DNA of 62,175 nucleotides, the filler included, from Sphacelaria rigidula (Eukaryota): assembly GCA_964200075.2 (NCBI GenBank). It is 9 parts of 9 records of this genome, joined end to end, with 100 filler letters (N's around TTAATTAATTAA, not from the genome) between each part and the next. Parts side by side here need not be neighbours in the genome. Positions count along the whole stretch, not along the records: positions 48,438 to 55,256 come from CAXNAA020017929.1; positions 55,357 to 62,175 come from CAXNAA020017930.1; 7 more parts are not named here. The stretch is one strand, 5' to 3'. Under the pieces are notes generated by a model. The model saw only the letters and a program-made list of their open reading frames with translations, was not told where the DNA came from and made no database searches. The position numbers were made by a program, and so were the translations under genes. Of the stretch, positions 49,628-62,175 are shown piece after piece. Each line of letters begins with the position of its first letter. Position 1 is the stretch's first letter.

Positions 49628-50429
49628 GTCCTTGACGTCAGCCGTACATTAATTGCGAGTCTGCATAAAAACGCAAACGAGCTACAGTGTTTTGGATCTC
49701 AATCACGTGCGGGTGGTGAGCACCAACCACTCTGCACGGACCAGTCCACGTCGTCATCAACTTAGACGTAACGCCCGGAGATGAACGCGCGCATACAAGA
49801 CATAGTCGCCTACCTCAAAATTCGGCATTTCCAGCCCCGACGAGGGTCCCTCACGTCTGTGACTGTTCAGCGGCAACACGCTCCTGCACTTGAACGTGGA
49901 AACTTTCTTGCAAATCTAAGACTCCTTGCAACGTACGCTTGATTTGACCATCATCCAAGACATCGCAATTCCGTTCCCCCGCCGACGAAGACGCCAACAC
50001 CGAGAAACGTCCGAGGAGCAGAACCGAACATCACGTGGTACGGCGTACTATCGTAACGACGACGATACGCTGTATTGAGCGCCCATTGCACCGCAGGCAA
50101 CACGTCCACTCACTCGGAAACCGCTCTACGCTGCTCGAGAAGAATAGAGCGAAGAGCACGAACTACTTCCTTGACCTTGCGTTCGCACGTGCCGTTAGAC
50201 CACGGAGACCGCAAACTGGTGATCAACGTGCAAAACCTCTCGCAATCGGGTCAAGATCGCATTCTTGGAATGCGTGTCGATATCACTCACCCACACACGC
50301 GGCACCCCCAAAGTCTTGCACCAATTTAGCAAATATGCAGCAGTCGATTCAGCAGTACACATTGGTACTGGTTCCAGAGATACGAAGTTGCTCAAATCAT
50401 CCATGAGTACCAACATGTTTCGAAACCTA

Positions 50430-50539
50430 CACGGATGGTCGCTGGGGTGCCTGTAATCTCAAATTTCGACGTTAAAGACGTTTCACAAGGTCTGTAACGT
50501 CGAAATTTGAGATTACAGGCACCCAAGTGGCCACCCGTG
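50430..50539. mobile_element. 110-bp foldback MITE with TA TSD, in the integrase
   Basis: Arms of ~45 bp, CACGGATGGTCGCTGGGGTGCCTGTAATCTCAAATTTCGACGTTA and its reverse complement; TA on both sides; removal restores the frame GLSEDARFRNMLVLMDDLSNF. Confidence 0.9.
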
Positions 50540-50959
50540 TAGCATCCTCCGACAAACCTTGGGAAGCTAGCGGGCCGCTCTCGCCCACGTACAAGAAGTT
50601 AAAATGAACGACTTTATTTGGCATGGACCGTTTCACCGAGCGGGCGGGGAACAACATCACCCACCCTCCAGTGAGCACAGTGAAGACACTGGCGTACAAA
50701 TATACGCATATGAGTTTCTATCCCCTGCCAGACACAAAACTCTTGCAAGTGCACGAGCGTCGCGGTCACACCACGATGCCCGGCGTCGCGCATGTGTGCG
50801 CAAATCATCAGACGTACCTGCAACTAACTACTTGTCAGAGGTTGGAACCCACAAAACGTTTCGGCCACGCACATGCACACGAAACATACTTTCATTGTCC
50901 CAGATAGCAGTACGAACGTCCGACTCGAAAGATTGCACACCCGCATCTTCGGCCCAAAG

Positions 50960-52234
50960 TTATTTCCGTTGCGCTTGGTGGACAACGGATTTGGACGGCA
51001 TCGAATCATCAGGTTCATTCAGACCATACACAGCCGTAGCACGCACAGGCAATGCCGGAATATTCACCCAACGCGAAAGCAAGTCACCCCACGCGTTACG
51101 GTCACCCAAAATATGACAAATCGAGTAACGAAACTGGCCAAGAACACCTTTCCAACCCTCCAAACGTTGTGCCAACGCCTTCGGCACAGACGTAACGCAC
51201 GCTTCGGGGTTGAAAATATACACGATATTTCGGTGATCCGTGAAAATATGCAGGCCACCCCACAAAAGATGCTCCAAACGACGAAACGTGCTCACGATAG
51301 CAAAACCTTCCTTGTCAATTGCGGCCCAATGCAACTGCGAACCCTTGAAACTACCACTGAGGAAAGTCAGCGGTTCACGCGTCATATCCTCCACCGGCAA
51401 GCGTCGTTGCATTTCAACTTTAGGCACCTGCGTGACAAAATTACCCCAATGGCACTCAGATGCATCTGGAAACATCTATACCTTCCAATCAGCACGAGGA
51501 TAGGACAGCGTCACGGCATGAGCCACCAGATTCTCCGCTGCTGCCCACACTTGTAGCCTGCCCTCCGTCCACGATGCAAGCGGAGTAGCGCGGGTTTTGT
51601 CACACGCTTCGTCCGCCTGGCAGCACCCGCCATGAGTTCTTCGAGGGAAAAACGTAAGGGAGCTACGATGTGTGCTCTACGCGGCAACGAGGTACGCAGC
51701 CAATTCACGGCCTGAAGGAATTGCATGAGTTCTGCGGCCGTCTCCGGGCGCCGCATGTCAGACAAGCCTTGCAATCTGGTCATAAAATACGCGTCCGTGT
51801 GAGTACACTTTCCCACAACACACAAATTCACCAGCGAAAAAGGTACACTTGTGCGCAGCCGCAAACAAGCCAACAATCTCTGAACGAGCACTCAACAGAT
51901 CAAGCATGTCCGAGTCTTTGTTGGGCATCACACCCGGCGACTTCTCAACCTGCTCATTAACGACCTTGTAAACGCTTACCAGGCGAAACGCGTCCTTCTT
52001 CGGAACCGCCATAGCCGGACCAGACCACATCGCCTGCAAGTTCCGGAACACCAACCTAGGCACCAAAAGCGCCGCCATGCACGACGTCAATCGACTTGAC
52101 TTCACCGGATCGTACCTCCGCGGATTCGTCTTCACCGCGGACACCCCAGGTTTTAGCTGAACACACATGCGCTCCACCCGCGCAGGGGGATCACCCCGCA
52201 ACGCCCGATGAAACGCGTCGACGCGGCGATGCAA
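50960..52234 (-). pseudogene. Gypsy RT (internally deleted) and RNase H
   Basis: WSGPAMAVPKKDAFRLVSVYKVVN...HKCTFF with the YxDD region absent; RNase H in ORF 50960-51475. Confidence 0.85.
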
Positions 52235-53353
52235 GATGCCGCGCAGGCGCTCCGCGATTCAGACGCTGAGGCCTTTCGCCACAGCACCCGTCATGCTCTC
52301 CTTCAGCGCGACCTTCCGAGCGGACTCCTCTTCCGCCGGATCCATAAACATCTCCGGGCCGCGCTCCACCAACCATTCCACCGCCTCATCCCGCGCCTCG
52401 GTCACCTGCCCCCCAGTCTCCTGAAACAAATCCACCGACAAGCTCACGTGACGACTGCCGAAAAAGGCGGGCGTGTCCACGTGCGGATCAGGTGGAGACA
52501 TCCGCGTCTTGATGGAGTCCCACAACCGCTCATACGGGTCGACTCCAAGATCCTGAAGCGTCGGCAACCCCAGACGAATGACGCCATTCGACCCCGGCAT
52601 GATTGCAAACGAGATCGGAGGCAACGGTGCCGGCCCCCAGGAAGTCGTGAAAGCCAGCTACAACAGTACGCTCTGTGACGGAAACATGATAACCGGACGC
52701 AGTGACAGCCTGCCGCGCCCGGAGCGAAAACGGGATGCGCAGCGGCACACCCGGGAGAAGACGCTCCAGCATCTTTACAATCTGCACCGACAAACTCGTA
52801 AAGTAGGCGCCAGAATTCAACACAGCCCAAACCGCAATGGCTCCACGCTTCCGCTGATTTGGAAGACAGCTCCGTAGGAACGTACTTGTCCGCAAACTCC
52901 ACTGGCGCTTCATTCGCCGACCGATGCGCCGCTAATCCCACTTAACGCCACGGCTGGGCAAGCTGCGCAGACGAAGACGCCCCTGCAGGTTCAAACGGCA
53001 CCGCCGGCGGGGACGACCCCCAGCCAGCAGACAAAGAAATTGGTGAAACTCCGACCAGCGAATCAGCAAGCGTTGCGCCTGGCGCTGCTGCCGGCGTCGC
53101 CACGGGCGCACCTTTGCGTATATTCACTGCTTACGTGTTTTCGACTATGCGGTAGCATGCTATGTCACTGTCTGTAAACGTTCCCGCTGACCTTACATAT
53201 ATTCACTCTCGCCCCCGCCCCATGGGATGATTCATCAACTCCTGATTGCCAAAGTGCTGCATTCCAAAAAAATACTGACTTCTCCCTTCGCTTGGATCTG
53301 GTAGACACACTCTTAGATCACACTCAGGGGTGCGGTTTGCGGAGAAGCAGCAC

Positions 53354-53400
53354 CTACGGCGGCGCCGGGCCCGGACCAGACCCATGCTGACGCCGCTGCC

Positions 53401-53435
<35 letters not shown>

Positions 53436-54358
53436 GAAGAATTCGACTGCGACCCTCCACCGCCGGAGGATCCGCCGCCGCTACCACTCCGATCACCTCG
53501 TCCTTTGCCCTTGTGCTGCCGATTCTGATGGCGTGCGGCAGGAGGCTGCCCAGACTCTCCACCGGAAGGCGTTGGGCAATCGCGCGCGTCATGGCCGGCC
53601 TGGCCACAGCGGCGGCAGGTAATGATCGCAGCGCGGCCGGCCGATTTCGAGCCGTGGTTGCGCAAAGACTTCGGTGTGGAGGTGGACGACTGGCCGAACA
53701 CCTCTATCTTCCGCCACTTCTTCACCTCGTCCACGACGGTGTCCATCACCAGGTGAGGGTCGGCTTTCCAATCTGTTTTCGTGCTGCAACTTAACAAGCA
53801 CGGCTCGCTTGAATATTTCCGGCGTTAACCCCTCCACCAAAGCCTCGGTGATTACAGCAGCCGGGCCGGGAATAAACTCACCATCGGGGGAACAATATAC
53901 TCGTTCCACGCTCGGATTATCTGAAGAGTATTCTCCCAGATTGGACAGGATTGGCTTCCACCCGCTCTAGCATCGTCTTTCCCCGAGACTCCATGGCGAC
54001 AGCTTTCGCCACGTCCGCAGACGCTTGGGTCAACTCCACCTCGGCGCCCACCGCATGCCCAGCATGCTTTTTGATCGCCGCAACTAATTGCGGCGGGGTT
54101 ATTGTGCTCTCATCATGTTCCACACGCGCAAACACTGCTTGCACATGCGTCGGCACTTGTTGAGCCATCGACACTACCTGGTGTCGCACTGCATCCCCCT
54201 GCGCGAGCTTGCTCCACACGCTTACTGTACTCCTCGTGCTTAGTATAGAAAGTGCGAGATGCACTCTCGGAGTACCTATCTCCGTATTGGGGAGGTCGCA
54301 ACTCTTGCCACATAACTACGGGCGTCACGCTGGACGCCGCACGCGAGCCGGTCGCCAT
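53354..54358 (-). pseudogene. Gypsy gag (frameshifted) with CCHC knuckle and poly-Q tail
   Basis: Overlapping ORFs 54113-54358, 53917-54264, 53589-53909 and 53354-53797; CX2CX4HX4C motif. Confidence 0.8.
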
Positions 54359-54652
54359 AGCAGCAGCCGGCTACCTGCGAACCTTCCGCAGGCCAACGGA
54401 CCGTCGCGAATTGCACACTTCACCCTTGCTTCGTCGTCGCACCAAACAGTCGTAGTCCTCCAAACTCCCGCTGCACGCAGCTTCAGCAAGTCTCCAGTCT
54501 GGATGAATCACTGGCCAACCGCCTTTATGCCGATCACCTCAGCTTGAACCCCTTCCACACGTCCGAGATGTATCAGGTTGTCCACAGCTACCAGACTCTT
54601 CCGCCGACGTTCCGCTAGGTACTAGCTCTAGCACTAACACTAATACCGATCT

Positions 54653-54921
54653 TGTGACGCCAGCCAGAAAAAGAACTGGTGGATCACTACTGTTGAGGGA
54701 CTCCCCAGTCTCACTGGCCTCAGTTTCAGTTGTCAGGCTTAACGACATTTCATCATTTCCGGAGTGCCCTTATAGGCACAACGTCCTAGACCCGCAGGGT
54801 ATCATCCCCGTGTCCCCGGTCATTGTCCAGAACCCTCCCAGAATCTTCCAGAATCCCCGTGCCTCCGGTCATTATCCAGATCATGACTACCAACTTAACA
54901 TGACGGCGTAATTTCGTCACA
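54653..54921 (-). repeat. 5' LTR
   Basis: Direct repeat of 49044-49304. Confidence 0.9.
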
Positions 54922-56448
54922 GAGTACATCGCACAGAGAAGCAGTCTTCTTTCACATTTTTTGTATAAGTAGCCAATAGAGGTAATGGATGAAGAAACAA
55001 TGCAATAAGTACCTACGGGAAAGGAAACGGGCGAAACAATGTCCACTTTTACCTATCGTGCATACCAGTCCACGGGATTATACGGATTTGAGTGTACAAA
55101 GACCCCGTAACCGCCCGTGTCCGAGCTACCCATGTACATTTATAGTCACAACCTTCACCAAAATGATGCCCGTAGCACATTAACAGGATTAAACAGCCGA
55201 TCCTAATTTTTGGGGTTGAAACAAAATATGAGGTTGAAGTCCCATCCCTTCATTGCNNNNNNNNNNNNNNNNNNNNNNNNNNNNNNNNNNNNNNNNNNNN
55301 TTAATTAATTAANNNNNNNNNNNNNNNNNNNNNNNNNNNNNNNNNNNNNNNNNNNNCCACTACATACATGTTGACTGCACACTGCCAGTCATCGGCAGAG
55401 GGATGCGCAGAATTCATGACGGTAGCTCCTCTTGTCTTTCCACAGCCCACCTGGATTTTATGCCTCGTGAAAATGACCAAATCGTAGCATGTACACTCCT
55501 TCCCGAGTTATTCCTGTGTAGATCTGGGACCCAAAAAACGCTCCGGAAAAACTCGGGAACGGTATACTGAGTGCAAGTAATACAATAAAACCAAGCTACG
55601 ACCACCCTGCATTTGGAAACCTGGGAAGGCTTGTCTGGGCCAGGGATAGGGCCCCACACGATGTTTGCAGTGGCATCACATCCGACAACAATCGCCGCAC
55701 TGGTCGTTTGGGTCTGGTCGATGAATTTCGCCTCCCTGTGATTGGGTAGGTCGCTCGAAGACTTATTTTTCATTATTTCACTAACACAGGGTCAACCCTG
55801 TGTTAGTGGGGGTCCGGTCCCAAAAGGGTTAAGCTAAAACTGGAAAAATGCTCGTACAACTCCGTAAAAATAAAAAAATAAGTACGGCGGCATCCCCGGC
55901 AATGTTGTGGGTACTTGCGTGCAAAAAATCCTGGTAAAAATTCGGCCAAGAAATCTCAAAATTGGGCGAAGCGGGGCACTTTTCGTGTGATTTTGCTGCG
56001 CCCGTTTAGTCCACGTGATACAGGAAACTCCAGTTATGGACGTCACGAGCTCGAATCCTGACAAATTCCCTTTTCTTTTGTTTCGTCATTAAGGTCATAT
56101 ATTGTGCAGTGCATTTTTTCTTTTTTTGTTCTTTATTCAGCGGCGGTGCCGTGCGTTACCAGGCTGGTCTGCAGTTCACAGCGACATGCTCGAGTCGATC
56201 TGATTTGGTGTACTTGTTCAGTTATGGTGTGACATGCAAATGCGAGATTTACTGCTGGTCCAGCTCGTAAAAAAGGAGGAAAAATGGCAGAGAGAAAAAC
56301 CAAAACATGAAGGAACGAGAGAAGATGAAATTGAAAAAAGAAGAGGAGAGATAAAGAAAAAAAACAAAATACTGACAGCGAGTGAGCTCACGCGTCTACT
56401 ACAAAAGGAGAAAAAACGTCTCGAGAAGAAACGCCTCTACACACAAAC

Positions 56449-58058
56449 CTCTTCGGCTCGTAGAGAAGGTGGGGGACAAGAACCCTCTGGATGCGGCCAA
56501 TGACAGTGCCCCATTGCTTGATCGTCAACGCAAGCAGGGCAGACTGGTAGCACCGCCCGTATTTCGTGCTATCCATGGCATATGCCACCTGCAACACAAG
56601 AATAAGTAAATAGCAGAAAGGACCCAAACAAGAAAAACAGATAATAGCGGGCCTTGTTTAACGCGATATTTTTCTTTTCTTCTCCATGTCCCTTTTTTTC
56701 TCCAGCGAGTGTTTCACTTGTGCTATTCTTGGGTACCTTCATCATGCGACCACGGCTGGACCCCTGGGGGGTCACTTAGAGAGTGCGGCAATCAATCAAT
56801 AAATCAATCAAAAATCAATCCCGACACAGTGGCTTGTTTTTTTCCGAATTTCGCGAAAAACGAAATTATGAAAATTGCGACACTAGGTCTTGGGAGACAT
56901 TTGATGTCACACTCACAACTGATGACATTGTGCTGCCTCACCTGGTTGAGAAATCTGCTCTCATATTTTCGGGGGAGGAAAAATCCGAAAAAAATCCGAA
57001 AAAATCGTAATCTCGGAGGGGTGGAAAGGGGGTGGCCATGTACTCATGATCATGCCTGCCATAGTCATCAGACCATTGACCTCGCACCCCTACAAAGCCG
57101 AGACCGAGCACGCCGGCTTTCCGCCGGACCAGGCTCACAGTCAATCACCAAGCGCGAAGCGCCATGGTGTACTCGGCGAGTCGCATGAAGGGTGAGCTGT
57201 ATCTTGCTAAGATTGTTCGCCCCGAAGCGTACTGATTATCTTGCATTTGGATGACAGCCTAAAATGAGCTGCTTCATTTTCTGGTATCGCCACTTCCAGA
57301 GACAGCCATGGCTTATGCACTGCCTCATGGGTGTCTCACCATGTAAACACTACGCAGTACGATAATCCTCATGGTGCGGAGTCAAGGTTTTGCCACGCCG
57401 CACAATTTGATTTAGCTCGAGCACCATCATGCTGACCGCAGAAAAAAACGCAAGCGCGCGAAAAAAAATCGGTAACTTGGTTGTTGCCTAGCTTACGCAA
57501 GGGGTGGCGTGTTTCGCAGCGTCATCGTCAACCGACACCGACCCCATAGGGAGAGATTTCGGGGGGGGAGGGGGGGGATGGACCCGTCAGTAATACCACC
57601 AAGAACAAAATAAGGACGGGGTTTTGGTTGATTGATTGATTGTCGCACATCAACCTATCCCGAAGGGACCCAATCGGAGTCACAGATTATATATCTGGAC
57701 AGCACTGCAGCAGGTGAGTGTTTCCACTGACTTAAACGAGGTGAATCCACTTCTCGTTAAACGCGGACAGACAGAAGATGCAGACTACCTCGTTACTCGG
57801 GGTTTTTTTGTCTCAGAGGGTGACCGAAGGTATTGTGGGTGTTCATTTGGTGTGACCACGGCGGCATCCACGGGGGATCAGATGTGTGACAGTCGGTCAA
57901 TAAATCAATGAAGCAATGAATCAGCAGGGTCACCGCGCCTTCATGGTCTAACTGTCCGACTAACACGATTAGAGTGAAGAGAGCGTGGGTTCGATTCCCG
58001 CCAGACGCCTTTTGTTTTTTTCCCGAAGTATCTAATTTCCACCATTGAAAGCGTGACG

Positions 58059-58092
<34 letters not shown>

Positions 58093-58273
58093 ATACAACC
58101 AAAACAACAACAACACAATGGTCATGGTCATAATCATAGTCACAAATCACAAATCATAATCATAGCAAACATCATTATCGTCATAATTACCATAATAACA
58201 ATCGTGGTCATTAATCATACTGATAATCATCACCATAACGACAACGATAATAGTAATAATCATCATCAGCACG

Positions 58274-58307
<34 letters not shown>

Positions 58308-58872
58308 TAACAATAATAACAATAATAATAATACTCATAAATCATTACCATTATCAATATAATTATCATCATCGTTGTCATCATAAGAATCGTGATCATG
58401 ATCATGATCATAAAAAATAGCAACAACAACATTGAGCACATACAACAGTAGCACATTATAATATCGGTTTTCCAGAGAAGTTCTGATTCGGATAGCCGAG
58501 GCTAAGTAATGGTGTTGGCCTTCTTCGTGTGCAAAACGTGAAATGAGCAACCAACAGTAAGATGACAAACAAGGAACACCACAATCATCACCAGTACTGC
58601 CTCAAGAATACACACAACGCAACCACCTGATTTTCTCACCATCACATTGTCAACCCCCGTCCCTCGATGGCTATACCAGGGGATAGATGGTGGCCACAGA
58701 CGGCGAAACAGGACGGGGACAAGATATATAAACCGTTTTTGTGCAACCTATGGAAGAAACGCAATGAGCACCTAAATGTTTGAGGTGTCTATGTTAGGAG
58801 AGGGAACGGTACTCTGTTTCTAAAGGGATGCGTGATCAATGGTCAAACGACGAAGGCAAGCAACAAATGCGT

Positions 58873-58905
<33 letters not shown>

Positions 58906-61146
58906 CCCCCCGGGGCCCGCCCGCGCCCCCCCCCCCCCCCCCCCCCCCCCNNNNNNNNNNGAAGCGTCCCCTTTTTTTTAAGGGGGGGGGGGTGAAACGC
59001 AAACAAACGGAGGGAACCACCAAAGGGGGCCCCCCCCCCCCCCCCCCCCCTGCTCGGGACGAGTCCGTGGTCTCAAGAGATCAACCCGTCACTCTCCCGG
59101 TCCACGGCTGACATTTTCGTCTCGTGGATTGGATCATGACTATCAGCACAACAAACTATGTTTGCTACTGATGTACGTACTCACGCTTTCAACGATAGAA
59201 ATCAGCTACTTTTAAAGAAAAAATCGCAAACGACTCTGGCAGAAATCGAACCGAACCCGCCTTGTTTTCACCTTAAATAGTGTCATCTGAACCGACTATT
59301 AGACCACTGGGGGGGAAAATTGAGGGGGCGTGGTAACGAAGGAGTGAAAAAAAATGACCGTTCGATGCTGTGAAAATCACCAATCACGTACGCAGTGATA
59401 CTCAAAAACGTCAAAAACAATACGTACATGTATATATATATATATATGTATCCCGCCGCGAGAAAACTGAAGGTCAAGCAAAAAAAAAAGCAGAAAAAAA
59501 GCAAAACGCATCAGCAACAGTCGCTGTTGCAAACATACACGGAAATGACAGGACATGACACAAAAAAACTAGACAAAACATTACAATTATAAGACAACAA
59601 ACAAGAGTAACAAAAAGCAATAGATGAAAACACACACACACACACACACACATCGTCGCTCACTGCTCATCGGCTCACCGCGCTAACGAGGAAGTACATC
59701 GAGCACAAAATCTGGGCTCCGAAAACCTTGTCCTCCGTGAGGTATTTCACCAACCGCTGCTGCAGGGGCAGGACCTCCTAATTTTTTTCAATACCAAAAC
59801 CCACGGAAGTGAAGGGACAGAGACAAGAAAAATCAGGCATGAAAGGGGGAAAGGCGGGCAAAAAATGGGGATATTTGAGAACGGACTATACTAGTGGAGG
59901 ACTCCTCTTGTACATTCTCTTTTTGTCACACTTTGAATAACACCCCTCTCCCTCCTCGGAACGAGTCCGTGGTCTCAAGGGATCAACCCATCTCTCCCCA
60001 GGTACACGCCTTGTATTTTGGTCTCGCGGATTGGGTCAGTAATGCGGGAATAACTTTCACGCTGGATGAGGAGACCATCGAATGAGGATGTGTGGTGGGA
60101 AAAACAATAATAAAATAAAAGGCAAACGGGTGGGACACGTGGGCAAAGCAACACCACCACCATCAGCACCACCACCACCACCACCACCACCACCACCAAC
60201 AACAGCAACAAGGCGCGTCGATGTTTGTTGTTGGGGAGGGTCTGTTTAAAAAGAGTAGAAGTGCTCAGCTTCGAAAAAAAGCACCGACGACCCCTAATGA
60301 ATACATCCGCAGCGAACAAAGCAATGCTTTTTCGTTGGACGGGAGTTACGTATGCTGCGGGAATGTCGAGAAGAACGTGAACTACGCAACACTTTTTTCT
60401 GTGCCTTCACCATACTGTCAAGACACGCCCCCCTGCCCCTTCCTCTGAGTGAGTGCGTACGTAGTCCCAAGGGATCCGCCCACCTCTCCCACCGTGCTCT
60501 GCCTGACAGTCGGTAATCGAGCACTTGATCAGCCCTACTGCAGCCCGTCCACTTCCGTCGCATTTTTGTTGAGAATTACTGCCAGGATTTGAACTCCCTC
60601 ATCCGCCCCAGCTGGTTGATAGAGTACCCGTTGGACCACGAGGCGAGGCGGTATAAATGCGGTGTAATTGCACCCGCATGATGAGGGGAAAACTCAATAA
60701 GCCCGATATAAATCCTGTTGGTGCAGCACTTACCAGTGCCATTATCTACAGTATCTGGGGAACACCCCAAAAACAGACGAGACTGCCGTCCCCCCTCCCC
60801 TCAGGCCTGACTTACAATAACCCTTGCCAAAACTTGAGGAGGGTGGATACCGGCCTACGGTTGGTGCGCGCCCTTCAACACCCGTCGCTTGCGGGAGTAA
60901 TTCTTGTTTTTATATAACTGATTTCGATCCAGGGCGCGTATATCTCACTTGCAGGCTCTCTTCCGCCTTCGTCCTGTCCACCCTCGGGCCGGGCGGAAAC
61001 GCGAACAAGGGGGCTCTTGGGCGCTTCGCTATGGACCCGTCTCCGTCTACTTCCCCCTTCTCCCCTGTCTCCTCCTCCTTCTCGTCGTCTCCTCCCCTGG
61101 CTTCGCTGTCGTCCCCATCTTCTTCGTTATTTTCAACGGACCCTCG
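56449..61146 (-). CDS. Internal exons of an unidentified spliced gene
   Basis: Exons 61146-60949 (acidic RGSVENNEEDGDD...AEESLQ), 59777-59679 (EVLPLQQRLVKYLTEDKVFGAQILCSMYFLVSA) and tentative 56588-56449 (VAYAMDSTKYGRC...). Donors GTGAGA and GTGAGC; phase-0 compatible. Confidence 0.55.
57017..57578 (-). repeat. Long copy of the poly-C-flanked dispersed repeat
   Basis: Reverse complement of 961-1508 along its length; G-tracts at both ends. Confidence 0.8.
58058..58460. repeat. Compound trinucleotide microsatellite (GAT/AAT/CAT/AAC)
   Basis: Visible low-complexity triplet runs. Confidence 0.9.
59048..59315 (-). mobile_element. SINE family B copy
   Basis: CGGGACGAGTCCGTGGTCTCAAGAGATCAACCC...AATCGAACC...AGACCACTGGGG matches 32690-32960. 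Confidence 0.65.
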
Positions 61147-61327
61147 CTAGTGCCGTGGGAAAACACGGAACAAAAACATGTCGTATATTTTCTTGTTAAT
61201 ACATACATGTATACATACGTACATGAGGACATGTGTCCTAGAAGAAATGGTGGAACGTCCAAAAAAGTCGGTAGGTTTTGACTGGTAAATTGCACATCCT
61301 GGATAATGACAACGCACCACAAAGATC

Positions 61328-61673
61328 GGTCGCCCCGGTGGCTCAGTTGGTAACCTCAAAACCTTCTGATGATGGGGTCGTGGGTTCGAACATCGGAGCG
61401 ATCTGGAATTGTTTCTCACGCCCAACAGTGGAGAGCGACTATGTCGTGGGTACACAACATTCGACTCCACGGTAGACGCGGGAAAGGGAGCGCTGAACCC
61501 CTCTCGCGATGCAAATAAAGGCAAGCACCGCAGAAGGAAGGAGGACTACTAAAACAAAAAGAAAAGAAAAAGAACTCCTGTGTTGACCTTGCTCCTGTGT
61601 GACTCCGGCTGGTGCGCCCACATACACCGAAAGGTGTAGACCGGCGTCCAGAATAAATGGAATGACAACACAA
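61328..61673 (+). mobile_element. tRNA-derived SINE (family A)
   Basis: A-box TGGCTCAGTTGG and B-box GGTTCGAAC; body and tail match 28739-29100. Confidence 0.8.
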
Positions 61674-61718
61674 TTACATTTCGTCAAAAGATGTGCTGCG
61701 TGCAGTATGGGATCTTTT

Positions 61719-61923
61719 CAAGCGTAGGTCGAGTAGAGTATACTCAATTGCGGGGTATTTTGAAAGTCGAACTCAGAGTACACAGCTTGGTGGCAGGGTT
61801 TCAGGAATCGCTTCCCAGCTATTTCATGGGTACGACTCTCGACACTCTACCTTAACTTGAGTACCCCAAGTACGTCTTTCGAAATACCCCGCGTTCGAGT
61901 ATACTTTACTTGACCTGCCCTTG
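61719..61923. mobile_element. Short hAT-type MITE related to 29391-29853
   Basis: Ends CAAGCGTAGGTCGAGTAGAGTAT / ATACTTTACTTGACCTGCCCTTG; lacks the internal tandem array; TSD degenerate. Confidence 0.75.
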
Positions 61924-62175
61924 GATATCGTCTGTTGCAATAGACGCGATAGTCGATACTGGAACCAGTACACATTTGACAATGTAACATGTTGTCATTA
62001 TCCAGCGTGTGGTAAATTGGTTACGATGAATCACTTGAATTCGTGATGAATCCGGCCGTGGATACACGATAGAAGTACACGATAAAAGGACACGAGGGGG
62101 GGGGGGGGGGGGGGGAAGGAAAGGGGGGGCAAAAAAAAGAACAGGGAAAAAAGGAAACACCCGAAAGGAAAAAAA

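Larger units (their letters stand above)
49044..54921 (-). mobile_element. Two-LTR Ty3/gypsy chromovirus-type retrotransposon, degenerate
   Basis: LTRs 49044-49304 and 54653-54921 (TGTGA...TCACA, diverged); flanks AAGT/GAGT. Gag CRRCGQAGHDARDC knuckle, protease VLNSGA, partial RT, RNase H FPDAS...KEGFAIV...FTDHRN, HHCC integrase and C-terminal chromodomain. Confidence 0.93.

Noticed and set aside
43792-61146. One long minus-strand U-box gene with the chromovirus in an intron
   Set aside because: The exons lie on separate size-sorted scaffolds, and there is no evidence of linkage across the linkers.
61328-61400. Functional tRNA genes (also 28739, 32900-32966, 57927)
   Set aside because: A and B boxes are present, but I see no convincing cloverleaf, and each continues into a shared SINE body.

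Overview
Eukaryotic, repeat-rich, intron-rich DNA. A stramenopile, probably a brown alga, is inferred from gene style, TTAGGG-type repeats and the TE complement; this is not proven. The window is not one locus. It is nine scaffolds of nearly identical, decreasing length (6820, 6820, 6820, 6820, 6819, 6819, 6819, 6819, 6819 bp) joined by artificial 100-bp N44-TTAATTAATTAA-N44 linkers. That pattern indicates size-sorted unplaced scaffolds, so adjacency across linkers has no biological meaning. Contents by scaffold: (1) decayed unidentified intronless coding DNA plus repeats; (2) a degenerate Ty3/gypsy gag-pol; (3) MITEs and repeats; (4) a copia-like relic with an LTR, and a gypsy integrase fragment split by a TIR element; (5) spliced exons of a TerD-domain gene; (6) six exons of a multi-repeat MYB gene lying in 'permuted' order (R2'-R3-linker, then R1-R2-R2 start) that close into a stop-free circle; (7) the last four exons of a Ufd2-like U-box protein ending in a UIM; (8) a two-LTR chromovirus-type gypsy element; (9) exons of an unidentified minus-strand gene. 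Several tRNA-derived SINE families, MITEs and microsatellites are scattered throughout.
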